Assembly (NCBI RefSeq): GCF_009914755.1 | Contig: NC_060929.1 | Reading direction: 5' to 3' (one strand) | From: the human T2T-CHM13v2.0 reference genome, Homo sapiens | Length of the DNA stretch: 64,000 nt | In this document: positions 16,400 through 29,782 of the stretch, piece by piece | How the letters are laid out: every line of letters begins with the position of its first letter | How positions within the stretch are numbered: position 1 is the stretch's first letter | The notes under the pieces: generated by a model | The model's input: the letters and a program-made list of their open reading frames with translations, nothing else | Databases searched by the model: none | What the model was told of the DNA's origin: nothing | Program-made: the position numbers and the translations under genes

Positions 16400-17100
16400 A
16401 GTCAATGCAAATACAAATTTCTTCTTCAGAGCAAAATTTCCTTCCAATTTTTTGTTATGTAGGTAGAGCTTTTTTGCTTCTACATGCCATTGGTACATAA
16501 GGTGGGGGTTGTAACACCTACCTCACATCAAAACTGGGAATGGACCCACCGAATGAATACATTCCTATTGTATTCTGTGATAGAGGTTTTAAAGACCCAT
16601 AAAGATATTGCTGAGTGGCTGATAAGAATACAACCTTTTAAACTCCATGTTTATTTTTTAATAATAATTTCTCACATGACTCTTGTGTCTTCTCTCAAAG
16701 TCAAGCATTCTGTGAAACATTAGTTGGGAAACCCTGATTTATAGCATAGACATTTTGAGGGTCTAAATTCTTTCCTCATAGCTCTGTGAGGCCATTAAAA
16801 GCACTGGTTAGTTTCTTGGTTTTGTTTTTGTTTTGTTTTTGTTTATATATATATAAACATGTATTTATATATACATATGTGTATATATATAAAAACGGGC
16901 AGACACTGCAGAAGAAAAGTAGTCTCAGGTCCTGGATTCAATTCTCTGGATTTGCTTCTATTTCCTGGTAATGCCCCCATAATTCTTCTTTAGCTTTCCT
17001 GTGACATCAGTCAGATATTTACAGATGTTTTCTCCATCTTTGCAAATTGTACTCAGCAGGAAGTTTATTTTAAATTACTTAGCTCACCATTACCAGAAGT
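16400..17100 (-). mobile_element. Possible ancient L1ME/HAL1 5' region
   Basis: Ends ttacttagctcaccattaccagaagt, similar to antisense 5' termini of old L1M/HAL1; weak. Confidence 0.3.
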
Positions 17101-17378
17101 GACTCTTCTTCCTTCTCATATCCTTGTCTCTTCTCTTATATGGGTGATCTAATCCAGTTTACTTTACATATATACTGAATGCTTCCCAAACTTGTAAGGT
17201 TAATGTTTTAATATTCACCTCTCTCCAGCTATGTATTTAAAATATTCTCTTGGATTTTACCATGCATTTTAAATGTAACACTTCCAAAATGGAATTTAAA
17301 AATTATTCTACTCCTAATTTGCTTTTCACGAAATCTGCCATGTTTCAACAAATGGCATCATTATCTACCCAGGTGCTC

Positions 17379-17716
17379 TGTCTTAGTCCATTTTAGATGC
17401 TGTAACAAATGCCAAGACCAGATAATTTTTAAACAACAAAACTGTATTTCTCAAAGGTCTGAAGATTGTAAAATCCAATAACCAAGGTGCCAGCCAATTT
17501 GGTGTCAGAAGGGGCACAGTTTTTGTTTTGTAGATGGCACCTTTTTGCTTTGTCCTCATGTGGTAAGAGAAAAAAGGCAGCCATTGGGGCCTCATTTATA
17601 ATGGTATTAATCTAATCCGTGAAGATAGAATCTAATCACTTCCCAAGAGCCATTATATTGTCTATTTGGTTTCAACATAGGGATTTTGTGAGGACACAAA
17701 CACTCAGACCATAACA
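17379..17716 (-). mobile_element. MLT1A0-like solo LTR
   Basis: tgtcttagtccatt...ggacacaaacactcagaccataaca; perfect 5-bp TSD tgctc at 17374-17378 and 17717-17721. Confidence 0.9.
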
Positions 17717-18245
17717 TGCTCAAAACACAAGGTACGTGTTACTTTTGAGTGCCCACGTTCCTTTATCCCCCACGTTCAGTTAATTACTGAGTCCTCCAAC
17801 TCAAAATAAATCAATAAAGAGATATACTTATCTGTTCATCTTCACAGTTATTGTTTCTTACTTATGAGTGTATAACTTCCTACTTTAATCATGCAATGGT
17901 TTCCCAATACACTTACAATAAAGTCCAAGATCCTCAGCAAGTTTTCTAAGGCTCTTAATTCCTCTGACATACTGTTGCTATCTTCTCAGTCAGCCAAACT
18001 CAAGTAACTTTATTTTTTTCTAATCTGCCATACTCTTTCATGTTGTAACGTTTCACTTGTTTTTGATTATTGGAAATTTTTCCATTCTTCAACTGATTCT
18101 ATTCCTCTGGAAAATCATCTTTCAGGTCTCAATTTATGAAACGCTTTATGTGGAAGATAATCTATGATGTTTTACCTTCCAGGTATTTCAAGATGGAGTA
18201 CGTAAACCTCTTCTGCCCTCCTATAGCATTATGGACATTATGGAT

Positions 18246-18617
18246 TGATATGGTTTGGCTGCATCCCCATCCAAATCTCATCTTGAATTGTAGCACCCAT
18301 AATTCCAACCTGTTGTGGGAGGGACCTGGTGGTAAATAATTGAATCATAACGGTGATTTCCCCCATACTGTTCTCATGATAGTGAATTAGTCTGACAAGA
18401 TCAGATGGTTTTATAAGGGGCTTCCCCTATCACTTGGCTTCCATTCTATCTTGCCTGCTGCCACATAAGATGTGCCTTTCCCTTTCTACGATGATTATGA
18501 GGCCTCCCTAGCCACATGAAACTGTTGAGTCCATTAAAACTATATTTTATATATATATGTACATATTACCCAGTCTCAGATATGGCTTTATGAGCAGCAT
18601 GAAAACAGACTAGTCCA
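18246..18617 (+). mobile_element. THE1 solo LTR (THE1B/C-like)
   Basis: tgatatggtttggctg...ccaaatctcatcttgaattgtag...agcagcatgaaaacagacta; TSD tggat/tgggt. Confidence 0.92.
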
Positions 18618-19032
18618 TGGGTTTCATTTATTATTGTGCCCCCATCACCTAACCAAATTCCTCTTACACAATAGAGCTTCAATAAGTGTTGTTGAATAAA
18701 TAAAATTTCTTGCAAGAAAGAGATATTCACTCAGAGTCCTATTGATACTTCATGTTTCTCCTTAGACTTACCCTTAGATATTACAAATTGTATTTTCCTA
18801 TTAATTTTAAAGAGTCTAACTCATCAAGAATTTTAGTGTTCTATTTGGTGTGAGAAATAAATTGATTTTTTCTTCATGATGATATTTAACATTTTGTTTC
18901 TAATATATGACATCTTATGTGTCACACACCAAATGACTGTATAAGTTTTACTGTTTCTAAAATTTCTTTGTCAACTAACTAATTCATATATAAACCAAGT
19001 TGTCATACAATTTCAACAATTTTTACAATATC

Positions 19033-21111
19033 TTTTAACTTTTATTTTAGGTTTGGGGGTATGTGTAATGGTTTGTTACAAAGGTAAAAATGGGTAACAG
19101 GGGCTTTTGTACATATAATTTCATCACTCAGGTATTAAGCCCAATAGTTATCTCAAAGATAACCCAGCAGAGATCTTTTCTGCTCCTCTCCCTCCTCCAC
19201 CCTCCTCTCTCAAGTAGGCCCCAGTGTCTGATGTTTTCTTCTTTGTGTTCATCTCTTCTTACCATTCAGCTCCCTCTTATAAGTAGGTACATGCAGTATT
19301 TGGTTTTCTGTTCCCCATTAGTTTGCCAAGGACAATAGTCTCCAACTCCATTCATGTTCCAACAAAAGGCATGATCTCGTTCTTCTTTATGGATGCATAA
19401 TATTCCATGGCATACATTTACCAAATTCTCTTTATCCAATCCATCATTGATAAGCATTTAGATTGATTCTACATCTTTGCTATTGTGAATAGGGCTGCAA
19501 TGAACATTCACAATGCATGTGTCTTTAAGACAGAATGATTTATATACCTCTGGGTATATACCCAGTAATGGGACTGCTGAGTCGAATGGTAGTTCTTCTT
19601 TTAGCTCTCTGAGGAATAGACATACCTTTTTATACAATGGTTGAACTAATTTACACTCACACCAACGGTGTATGTGTTTCCTTTTATCCACAACCTTGCC
19701 AGCATCTGTTTTTTTTTTTTTTACTTTTTTTTATAATAGCCATTCTGACTGATGTGAGATGGTATCTCACTGTGGTTTTGATTTGCATTTCTCTAATGAT
19801 CAGTAATATTGAGCTTTTTATCATATGCTTGCTAGCTGCATGTATGTCTTCTTTTGAGAAGTGTCTGTTCATGTCTTTTGCCCACATTTTAATGGAGTTG
19901 TTTATTTTTCTTTTGTAAATTTGTTTAAGTTCTTTATAGAAGCTGGTTATTAGCCTTTTGTCAGATGCATAGTTTGCAAAAATTTTCCCCCATTCTGTAG
20001 ACTGTCTGCTTACTCTGTTGATAGTTTCCTTTGCTATGCAGAAGCTACTATATTTAATTAGATACTATTTGTCATTTTTTTTGCTTTTATTTCAATTGCT
20101 TTTGGTGTCTTTGTCATGAAATCTTTGCCCCTTCCTATATCCAACACGGTATTACCTTGGTTGTCTTCCAGGGATTTTATAATTTGAGGTTTTACATTTG
20201 TCTTTAATCCATCTTGAGTTGATCTGTGTGTATGCTATAAGGAAGAGGTCCAGCTTCAATTTTCTGCATATGGCTAGCCAGTTATCCCAGCACTATTTAT
20301 TGAATACGGAGTCTTTTCCCCATTGCTTGTTTTTGTCAGCTTTGTCGATGATCAGATGGTCATAGATGTGTGGCCTTATGTCTGGGCTCTCTATTCTGTT
20401 CCATTGATCTATGTGCCTGTTTTTGTAACAGTACCATGCTGTTTTGGTTACTGGAGCCCTGTAGTACAGTTTGAAGTCAGGTACGTGATGGCTACAGCAT
20501 TGTTCTTTTTTTTAGAACTGACTTGGCCATTTGGGCTCTTTTTTGTTCCATATGAATTTTAAAATGGGTTTTTCTAGTTTTGTGGAGCATGTCTTTAGTA
20601 GTTTGGTAGGAATAGCATTGAATCTGTAGATTGCTTTGGGCAGTATAGCCATTTAAATATTAATTCTTCCTAGCCATGAGCATGGAATGTTTTTCCATTT
20701 GTTTGAGTCTTCTCTGATTTCTTTGAGCCATGTTTTGTCATTCTCATTGTACAGATCTTTCACCTCCCTGGTTAGCTGTATTCCTAGGTATTTTATTCAT
20801 TTTCTGGCAATTGTGAATGTAATTGCCTTTCTGATTTGGCTCTTGGTTTTGCTGTTGTTGTTGGAATGCTAGTGGTTTTGTACATCAATTTTGTATTCTG
20901 CAATTTTGCTAAAGTTGTTTATCAGCTGAAGGAGTTTTTGGGCTGAGACGGTGGAGTTTATAGATATAGAATCATGTCATTTGCAAACAGATATAGTTTG
21001 ACTTCCTCTTTTCAATTGAATGTTTCAATTGAAGGTGTGGTATTTACTTGACTTTTCAGTGCTCTTCATTAGAGACACACACACTGGCTGCTTCTAGGCA
21101 GCCATCTTGAC
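19033..21111 (-). mobile_element. L1PA15/16-like element with both termini present and a multi-kb internal deletion
   Basis: 3' UTR and ORF2 back to the FADD region (~21020), then ~90 bp matching the L1 5' terminus seen at 57823-57917; TSD caatat(c/g)ttttaa at 19026-19038 and 21112-21124. Confidence 0.92.
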
Positions 21112-21684
21112 CAATATGTTTTAAGTTTGGTGGAACATATGTTCTATTGTGACTCTTTTTACACAATAGTTTTCTTGCCTGCTTATTTTTCCATATCAAG
21201 CATGTTAACATATTTTCTTATTAGACCATTAAATTTTTCAACTTTGCCTTTCAAGTAGTATAATAGTTAGCATATGATGGCACATAATAAATATTAAGCA
21301 AAAATTCTGCATTCAACTTGGAATATAATTTTCTGTTTAATACATTAGGTTTCTTCCTCAGATGAGAGTAAACAATTTAATTTGTTAAAACATTCTTTAT
21401 TTTCACATTAACATTTTATATGATTTTTATTAAAGTTTTGTATGCCCCTTAAATTAGGTGACACAATTTAATCTTTGCTTATATTTCAAATGAGTGTTCT
21501 TTTCATATGTGAACATATTTGTATGTATTTTTGCTATTTACATTTCGTGTTTCACTATTCAGGAAATTTTTTCCTAATTTATCTGTATTGAGCATAAAAT
21601 CAAAATTATTAATGAGAAAATAGACTAATGTTTATAAAGTTGGTTTTAGCTTGCTCTAATCTTCATAGATTTGGTGTTGTGTAT

Positions 21685-22430
21685 CATCACTCTTCTTGAA
21701 ATTACCTTCTCTCTTGACTTTTTGATACCTATCTTTAAAGGATTTCTCTTCAGATTTTTTTCTCAGCTCCTTTTGTACAAACCTTTTCCTTGCAGTGTCC
21801 TTAGGGTTTTCTGTTCAATTCTCATAGAATTCTACATAATCTCATTTGTAAACTGTTGCCTTAAGTTGTCATTTTTCTGATTATGATCTCTAAGATGTTG
21901 TTTTTTTTGTCCAGGAATGTTGCTTGACCCTTATACTTTATTCTTATCTTCTGGATATCTCTATCTGAATTGTGCATTAGTACTCCAATGAGTCCATTTT
22001 TAAAACTTAAATAATCATCTTTATTACTCCCATTTTTCAAGTCATAAAAGAATAAATATAATCTTTTCATACTGCTTCATTTCATATTTCTGTGACTGTC
22101 ATTCAAACAATAAATAATCTGAGACTCCTATCTCCCCATCATTATCTTGCATATAACCAGCTGTCACCAAATCTTGTTTTTCTGACTCTAAAAGGTTTCG
22201 CATTTTCCTTCACTCTAACTGTCTTTGCCCAAGTTCAGTTTTTCAGTATCTTTTGGCAATTACATTATCATCATGATTTCCTCACTCATTTCTTGTGCCA
22301 ATCTTTTTCCTGCTTCTAGTCTATCCTCCATAGTACTGCAAAATAAATATTTTACTGAAGTTAAGGTAAAATATTTTACTGAGCCCAGTAATCTCCTCTA
22401 CTGTTTAATGCAGTGTCTTCATGGTATTCA
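21685..22430 (+). mobile_element. L2 remnant
   Basis: cactcttcttgaaa...ctggatatctctatctgaattgtgc...atcatcatgatttcctcac L2-like blocks; very diverged. Confidence 0.5.
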
Positions 22431-25400
22431 ATAGTTAGTTGCAAAGGAAAAATTCAATCAACATTTCTTGTTTAACTTCTGTTTCCAGTGAATAAAACAC
22501 TAACTAATTTCTTTAGTTTTATATAGATGTGACTTGCTGGTCATTCTTTCAAAACATTGCATATTATGAGCCAGGAATTATGCCAGACATAAATGATACA
22601 AAATGAAGAAGATGTGTTCTCCACCTTAGTCTGCAAAAGCAAATGAGAGACTCAAAAATGTAAACCAGCAAACCAAAAAACAAAATAATTGCAACTGCTA
22701 GATACGAATATCATTTTATGGCAATACGAGATAGTAAAAACTTACAAGGATAAGTTTCAAAAAGTTTCGGGTTGATTCTGGGAGAATGACTTTGAGTATT
22801 ATATGTGAAGAAATAGAAGGGAAGCTTCTTGGGTAAAGCAAGCCAAGATTTATCAAAGTACAAGTTTTTTTTAAATAGTCCAGAGATGAGATTTATTTAA
22901 CAAGAAAATAGCTGAGGTAAAAATCTAAGGAGAAAAAACAGAGCCAGGAGGGGCATCTCCATTTCATTGAGATTTTTCTTTACAGAGGTATACAGAGAAT
23001 ATTTGCATTTGGTATACAAATAATAAATATAGAAAATTATTCTTTGCCTTTAGCATGCAAACGTTCTAAATTATTTATGAACCTAAACATATTAATTTCT
23101 AGAAAGTCTAAATAAGTGTCTCTGGCAGGTTAAATTATCAATAATTTACATTTTCAATGAGAGGTTATCTTATTGTTTTAATTATTATATTTAAATTAAA
23201 GCACTTCTAGAATTAAAAATTTTTAAATAAATCTGGAATGTTGTAACAAAAATCTGGGTATTTCCTGGTGCTAAATTGATTGAAAGCTACATGCAAATGC
23301 TAAATTTAGAAAACATAAAGTTGAGTAGAGTTAGAGTTACTAACCTATCTCAAAAAAAATTTCTAAGGCCTAGGTTACATTTTTTAATACTATATCATAT
23401 CTCATAATCTCTGCCTTGGGATGAATTATTTCTGCTGTGAAAAAATTTAGGTGTTGTGGATGGTATTTATCTGATAACTAAACCACTCTGTGCACACAAT
23501 ACTCCCTGTTATCTATGTAGATGTTCAGTATGATCCGGCGGATATAACTGTGAAATATTTTTTGTTACCTGGAAACAGTATTTATCTCCTTTTTTACTAC
23601 TTACTGCAATTGAAATAATTCAGTACTTAATATTTTCTCTCACATTTTTAAAGTATCTCAAACCAGAGAAACAAAAACCAAACACATCCCAAATAAATCT
23701 CACACCCATAGAAGTGAGGATCATTTTGTAGTTGTTGTTTTATTGTTTGTTTTTTTACTCTGATTAAATGGAAGTATAATAGAGAATCTCTGAAAGTTGA
23801 GAGGAAATAAAGTTCTCATCCTTTGTGACAGAGCTCATTTTTAGACGTACCCATTACATAAAAAAATAGGTGAGATTTAATCAAATTCATGTTTACCAAA
23901 TATCGTTGCTTAAGACGAGGCAACAATTGTTTAAGATATGCAGTGTATTACTTTCAAAAATCAAATAAGAGGAGTAGATTGATAAGCAAAAAAGATGTAA
24001 CACTGAATAAAGATGACTAAATATTTGCAACAATGTTAAACAGACAGAGATCAATTTAATTTTAGACTTTATATTGCTAAAATAAAGCATATTTCCTACA
24101 GCTTAGAGCTCAATGAGTACTCATTATTCCATTATGTTTATTAATCATATGAAGAAAAAACCCTGACAGTTAAGGGAAAGATGTATTAGCTCAAGAAGCA
24201 TCTAACGGAAAAGATTAAATTTGTTCTGTTACATGATTTCACTACTTTTATTTGTGCTTTCTTAAATTCCCAAGATCGATGATCATAGGTAGAAGCAGAA
24301 TTGTAGTTTTGGAAGTCACAGAATATAGGTGGAATCAGAAACTTCCAACTGTATTCAAATCTACTTCACAAAGGAAATGAAATTACCAGAAAAATAAAGA
24401 TAAGAAAAATGGGAGATTCTCTTTATTTTGTCTCTAGTCTACTTTGCTGACATTGGTAAATAGGATAAAATATAAGCACCAAAACCTCAAAGATTTTCTT
24501 TTCACCTTGAAGTAAAAATAAGATAATGTTAGATGTTTCTTTGGTTACACAGGTAGAAAAATTGAATCCAAGGGACATTAAAAATTACAATTTGTTGTGA
24601 CAAACTAGCCTTGAACACAGGTTTCCTAATAACAAATACAGTACCCTTTTGACTATATTTTAGGTTATAAACAGGGAGGTGAAAATAATCTTTCTAAAGC
24701 AAACATAATTATTAAGAGTAGAGAATAAATTAGTAAAAGTATAATAACCAATATTGGTTTAGTCATGAATTAATTATTTACGATAGTAAAGCTAAGGCAA
24801 GGCAGAAACAGATGTTTTTAAAACATAAACAGATGTTTTTAAATTTGAATGAAACATTAATGTACCTGTAAAACTATCATGTAAAGATTTTTAAAATTCA
24901 TCATAAATACTCCTGCCAAAGAACCTAGTCCCAACTAAATGATCTTTAAGTACAGTCACCCCATGAACATGACTGTTTGGCTCTTCAATTCCAATGATAA
25001 CTTCTATAAACAGTCATAATTAAGTAAAATCAGATCAGGTGGCATGCCTAGGTGCATTTTTTTTGGTAAATGGATATAAGACAAATAAGCAAAAAAGAAA
25101 CTCATTCTTATTTTGCATGCATCGAGTTTTTTCAATAACAAGTTGTTATGAATCATCACTCTAAATTGAATTTTTTTAATAAAATGAGTTTTGAAGAAAC
25201 ATCCTAAAAGCATAGCAACCCTATTATAGACCATTTTTCCCACTGGTCAGTGCTATTCAACTGCTATTCAAATACAATCCAGTCATGAGAAAATATTTGC
25301 TGGGCACATTATCTGAGGTACCTTTTAAATTATTTCTCGAAACTAGAGGCATGTATGCATTTTGTTTCAAACAGATCTTTGAATCTGGTAAGTAAAACAT

Positions 25401-26565
25401 AAAAATATTCTTTTTATGACAGCTTGTTTTGGAGTATAGTCACTAGAGCTGTTTCTATTTTAAATATACCTCAGTGGCATATAATTATGGTTTCATGGGA
25501 TATTTGATATTTACAGGCAGATTGAGCTTTCCCCATAATAATGCCACTTTAATTATTAGTATAACAAAAAATTGAAAGAAAAAACATTTAGTTTCATCAT
25601 TCCTTTGGCAACTGTTCTCAGAAATGAGAATTTCATCAAGTTCTGTTCACGTCTCTTCAAATAAGGAATGATTTAAAACATTCCTACCCTTATTCCACAA
25701 AGAAGGAATCACTATGTTAAACAGACGTTACTAAAAACTAACTGGTGACCTTGAAAACATGATATTTGCTTTTTACAAAGGAAACTATAATGCTTCAGAA
25801 GAAAAGCAGCACAGCAACCAAAAAGTTTTTTTCATAAGCTTAAACTAAAGCACTTAGCATATTAGCATTCTGTTAGCAGTCTTTCAGTTACAACACATCA
25901 GGAAAAGAGATAGAATATGGGCAGACAAAAGCATTTGACAAGCTAAATGGAGAGAAAGTTGCAACTGAATGTGAATCGAGGAAAAAAATATATTTCTCAA
26001 CGCTTACCATATTCTGAGGTTAATAGTCTCTTGTAAGAGCAGCCTTCCAGCACCCGTTTCTCTCCCAGTGTGACTTTCTTAACTCACAAAGAGAAACAGA
26101 TGCTATAAAGGCAAACTGAGATACATTTTCAGTGGTTCCTTTGACTTCTATGAGCATTAAATGTATTTTGCTTTTCATTGAGCATGAAATGATTTTCATC
26201 ACCTAATAGCCACAATTACTGAAAATTCAGAAAAATTACATTATGATATTAAAAGACTGTAAAGAGAGCAATGTATTCAGTCTGTGAAAGTGATCATGAA
26301 ATTATTTGCATTAGTCACTATGACCGAAGCCTCCATATATGTACATATATATTTAAAAGAGAACAGCTGTAAGTTATTTTTATAAAGGATACATGGTATG
26401 CTAAAGATAAAGATTCAAGGTTGAAAAACTTTTGTATTTTTTCTTAACTAGGAGAACACTTGAAGGCCTACATGTTTAGAGAATTGCTTTAAAATTTAGA
26501 TAACTCTTGCTTGAAAGTTATATACATCTAGGTTATTTTTTCATGCAATACAGGTAATACAGAAG

Positions 26566-26568
<3 letters not shown>

Positions 26569-26613
<45 letters not shown>

Positions 26614-26770
26614 ACATATATACCTGCACACATATATACACATACACATATGCACATAAACATTGCATGTGTATATATACATTTACTGTATATAACAATA
26701 TATATAATACATATTTATATATTTAATACATAATTATATATAATTACAAACTATATATATTTCCATTATA
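26569..26770. repeat. Perfect (AT)21 microsatellite (26569-26610) followed by AT-rich low-complexity DNA
   Basis: Directly visible. Confidence 0.95.
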
Positions 26771-27439
26771 TATTGTTCATTTTCCGTTTTTGTCTTCTGT
26801 GTGGATTCATATTTAAGAATGTTCTACAAGCCTGAATAGTAATTCACAGAATTTCTGCTCTAACATATTTTTATCTTGCTAGAAGAAATTTAACTTTCAG
26901 GCCACTTTTGTTTTCTTTCCTCATCGGTAAATTAAATGAGGTAGGAGAACATATGTAAGAGCATAAAACTACCTCAGGGCTTGGGATGATACTTCCAGAA
27001 AGTTAAGATGGAAATAGATTTGAAAAAGATTTGTAAATAAGAGCGAATAATTTACCCAGGCTTGATGCACATTTTCTGTCTAGAAAACTAACTTTTTCTA
27101 AAATGTATAATATTATCCTCATATCCTAATGAATACTTTTAATGAAATTTCACAATGTTCCTGTAAAAATCAACACCAGAAAGTGAGACAATCTAGATGG
27201 CCAGGAACATAAGGCTAGTATCTGGAAAAATAATACTGTATCTAAGGACTAGTGGATGTCGTAAAATATACTGTTATTTTATTTACCTCTATAGGGGATG
27301 TCTCTCAAGAAATAAGACATAAGAGAATTTTAGTTTTTTTCTTAGAGTAAGTAAAAATAAAAATAAAGATTCCCTGGTTATGAACAATGTACAATAGTTA
27401 AACCATCCTGAGGTACCAAGAAGCTGCTTTTGAGTCATA

Positions 27440-27580
27440 ATGATTACGATCATATCTGTAGTAAAAGGAATACAATAATGTTTACTTTTAAGATAGTATT
27501 GAAAACTAATATAAAATGCATGCAAAATACATAGGACAGCGTTCAACATACAGTAGTCAATAAAAAGTAGCAATTACAAA
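27440..27580 (+). mobile_element. MIR 3' fragment
   Basis: aatgcatgcaaaatacataggacagcgttcaacatacagtagtcaataaaaagtagc resembles the MIR tail. Confidence 0.45.
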
Positions 27581-28649
27581 ATAATAGGAATAATTATTAA
27601 ATGATGGCTGCATTAATAATAAATGCTATTATAGATGTATTTGCTATGAAAGTATAAATTAAGTTCAGCTAACTCAGACTTAAATATAGTCTCTTGAGAC
27701 TCTATAAAAGTCAGACCACCCATTCCAATTAAGTCTTGAAAGAATAAGATTTAGGTAAATGAAGGAGCAATTCAGATGTAAAGAATTACATGGGCAAAAG
27801 CAAAAGCCTATACTAGGATGCTATGTTGAACAATCACTAAATAGTTCAAAATTTACCAACCCAATATTTGTACATAAATATATAAAAATGTAGTAAGTTA
27901 TCATGCTACATTGTAATTTATTTTACACACTTTGGTTTCCTTTAATAGATTGCTATTTCACTGAAAGCAGTGGCTTTGTCTTAAGCATGTCAGTATCCCC
28001 AACTGCCTAATTAAGTACAATGACCATTTGATGAATGAATTTTAAAAGTGAATAAGATATAGCCATCCTTCTGCAGGAATTGTATGCTGTGGAAGAGGAA
28101 AACAAGTGGTATCAGAGAAGAGAACGAATAATTTCAATGTAGGCAGATAAAAGAGGTATGCCAAATTACTATGGGAGGAAAGGGGAAGGTGTGATTGTCT
28201 GTGTGGAAATAAATTCAGAGCCATAAGGCAGCCAGAGTAGAACTTGGAACAGCCAGTGATGGTTTCTGTGAGGCATGTTTTTGGTAATGCTATCTCAAGT
28301 TGCTGGTGAGTGAGGAATTCAGTGTGCAGGACATGCCCATTTGAGGACAGAAAGTTGTAAAAGAAAACACAGGTGCCAAGAGGCCAGGTCCTGCAGGAGC
28401 AAAATCCATCATGCCCAACAGGCCTCAGGAACCCAATATGGATGCCAGATTCTCACTTTCTCACAATAAGAAAATGTATAGGTTGATAGGACTTACAGTA
28501 AATACATCACAATATAATTAAATACATCAGTGTCCTTTTAGCTGTTTCAAAAATGTTAGCTTCTTTCTAATAGATTGCAATTTTCTAAGGACAATAAATT
28601 GTAAATTATATCCTATACTTTTTTCATGATATTATGTTGATATCCTATG

Positions 28650-29062
28650 AACTATGGTGTTCTCTCTAGATCACCTCTCTAGGGTCAAGCACCCATCTCC
28701 CAGCTACTGGAAGTATTGGTAGATGATGGGCTCATACTGTGTGCCCTTCACTGGGAATTGCCATTGGCCACAGGAACCATCCTTGCCTAAACTGTCTGCA
28801 GTCAATGACTGGAAGATGTAAAGATACAAGTTCCAGTTTCCTTATCTCCATTAATAATAATTCTGAAAGACTATTTAGCTCCAGAGATTTCTGTAGAATT
28901 GGTTGAAGATTCACTTCCAGCCATGTTGTAACATACGTTCTTTCTTTGACCAATCTTGATTTCCTCAGTTCCCTACAGTGTATTACTCAAAAACAATCCT
29001 CAATAAATCTTCTGTTACAATTTCTAGATCAGATTTTGCTTCTGAAGAACACATCTTAAGAG
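28650..29062 (+). mobile_element. LTR16-family ERVL LTR
   Basis: cccagctactgga...cccttcactgggaattgcc...cagtcaatgactg...agctccagag...cctcaataaatcttctg match recalled LTR16 motifs. Confidence 0.7.
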
Positions 29063-29634
29063 AGCTTCTATGAAGGTCAGTTCTAAAAAACATACTCTTA
29101 CATAAAATTTTGGAAATGAATCAATTGTCAGTTAGCTTGCATTGAGAAGCCATAATTGGTAGTTAACTGGAGTATGGCTAGTCTCTGCCATGCTGTAGCA
29201 ATGCAATTGTTAAGATCCCACTAATGGTTAACTGGAATGTGGTATCAGTAGAAAGGGACATCCTAAACTGGTATGATATCCTTGCCACTAGAGAAATACG
29301 ACAGGATTGGTAATTATAAATACTATGGCATTGGGTGAGTGCTACTGACTTCCATTGTTTGTTGAAGAGAGGTAATGACAGGGTCAGGGTGATTAATCAC
29401 CAAATCAAAGCAAAGTGTGAAACCCAGAGTGGCTTCTAGGCATGATTTATGGAAACCCAGATATTTTGCATCTGAAAGTCAGAGAGCAGTGAACAAGGCT
29501 TAGGACGAAACTATAGCAGAAAATTTCAGAAAACGTTGAATCATCAATCTTAAGAGATCTCCTAAATTAACATCAAGGCCATAGTAGGAAAGAAGTGGGA
29601 ACTTTTTGTTGAAATAAGGGAATTTGTACTCAGT

Positions 29635-29782
29635 CAAGGATTGGATAACTATCTATCAAGTATTATGCTTACTACCAGGGTGATGAAATAATCTGTACAC
29701 CAAACCCCCATGACATACAATTCACCTATATAACAAACCTGCACATGAGCCCCCGAACCTAAAATAAAGGTTTTTTTAAAAA
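29635..29782 (+). mobile_element. L1PA15/16-like 3' UTR end
   Basis: ggtgatgaaataatctgtacaccaaacccccatgacatacaattcacctatataacaaacctgcacatg...cctaaaataaa. Confidence 0.85.

Larger units (their letters stand above)
17105..18705 (+). mobile_element. L2 remnant, host to the MLT1A0 and THE1 LTRs
   Basis: aaatggcatcattatctacccaggtgctc|aa motif; 3' tail caataagtgttgttgaataaataaa. Confidence 0.65.

Noticed and set aside
21005-21035. Spliced L1 (GT-AG) explanation for the 5' UTR-ORF2 junction
   Set aside because: Splicing from catccag|gt to the nearby ag would give gaaacatccaggaagag. The observed junction keeps ORF2 caattgaaaagag, which fits microhomology better.
22345-25272. Small local duplications (aaatattttactga x2 at ~22345; aaacagatgtttttaaa x2 at 24806/24827; tgctattcaa x2 at ~25251)
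   Set aside because: Ordinary slippage-type microduplications with no further structure
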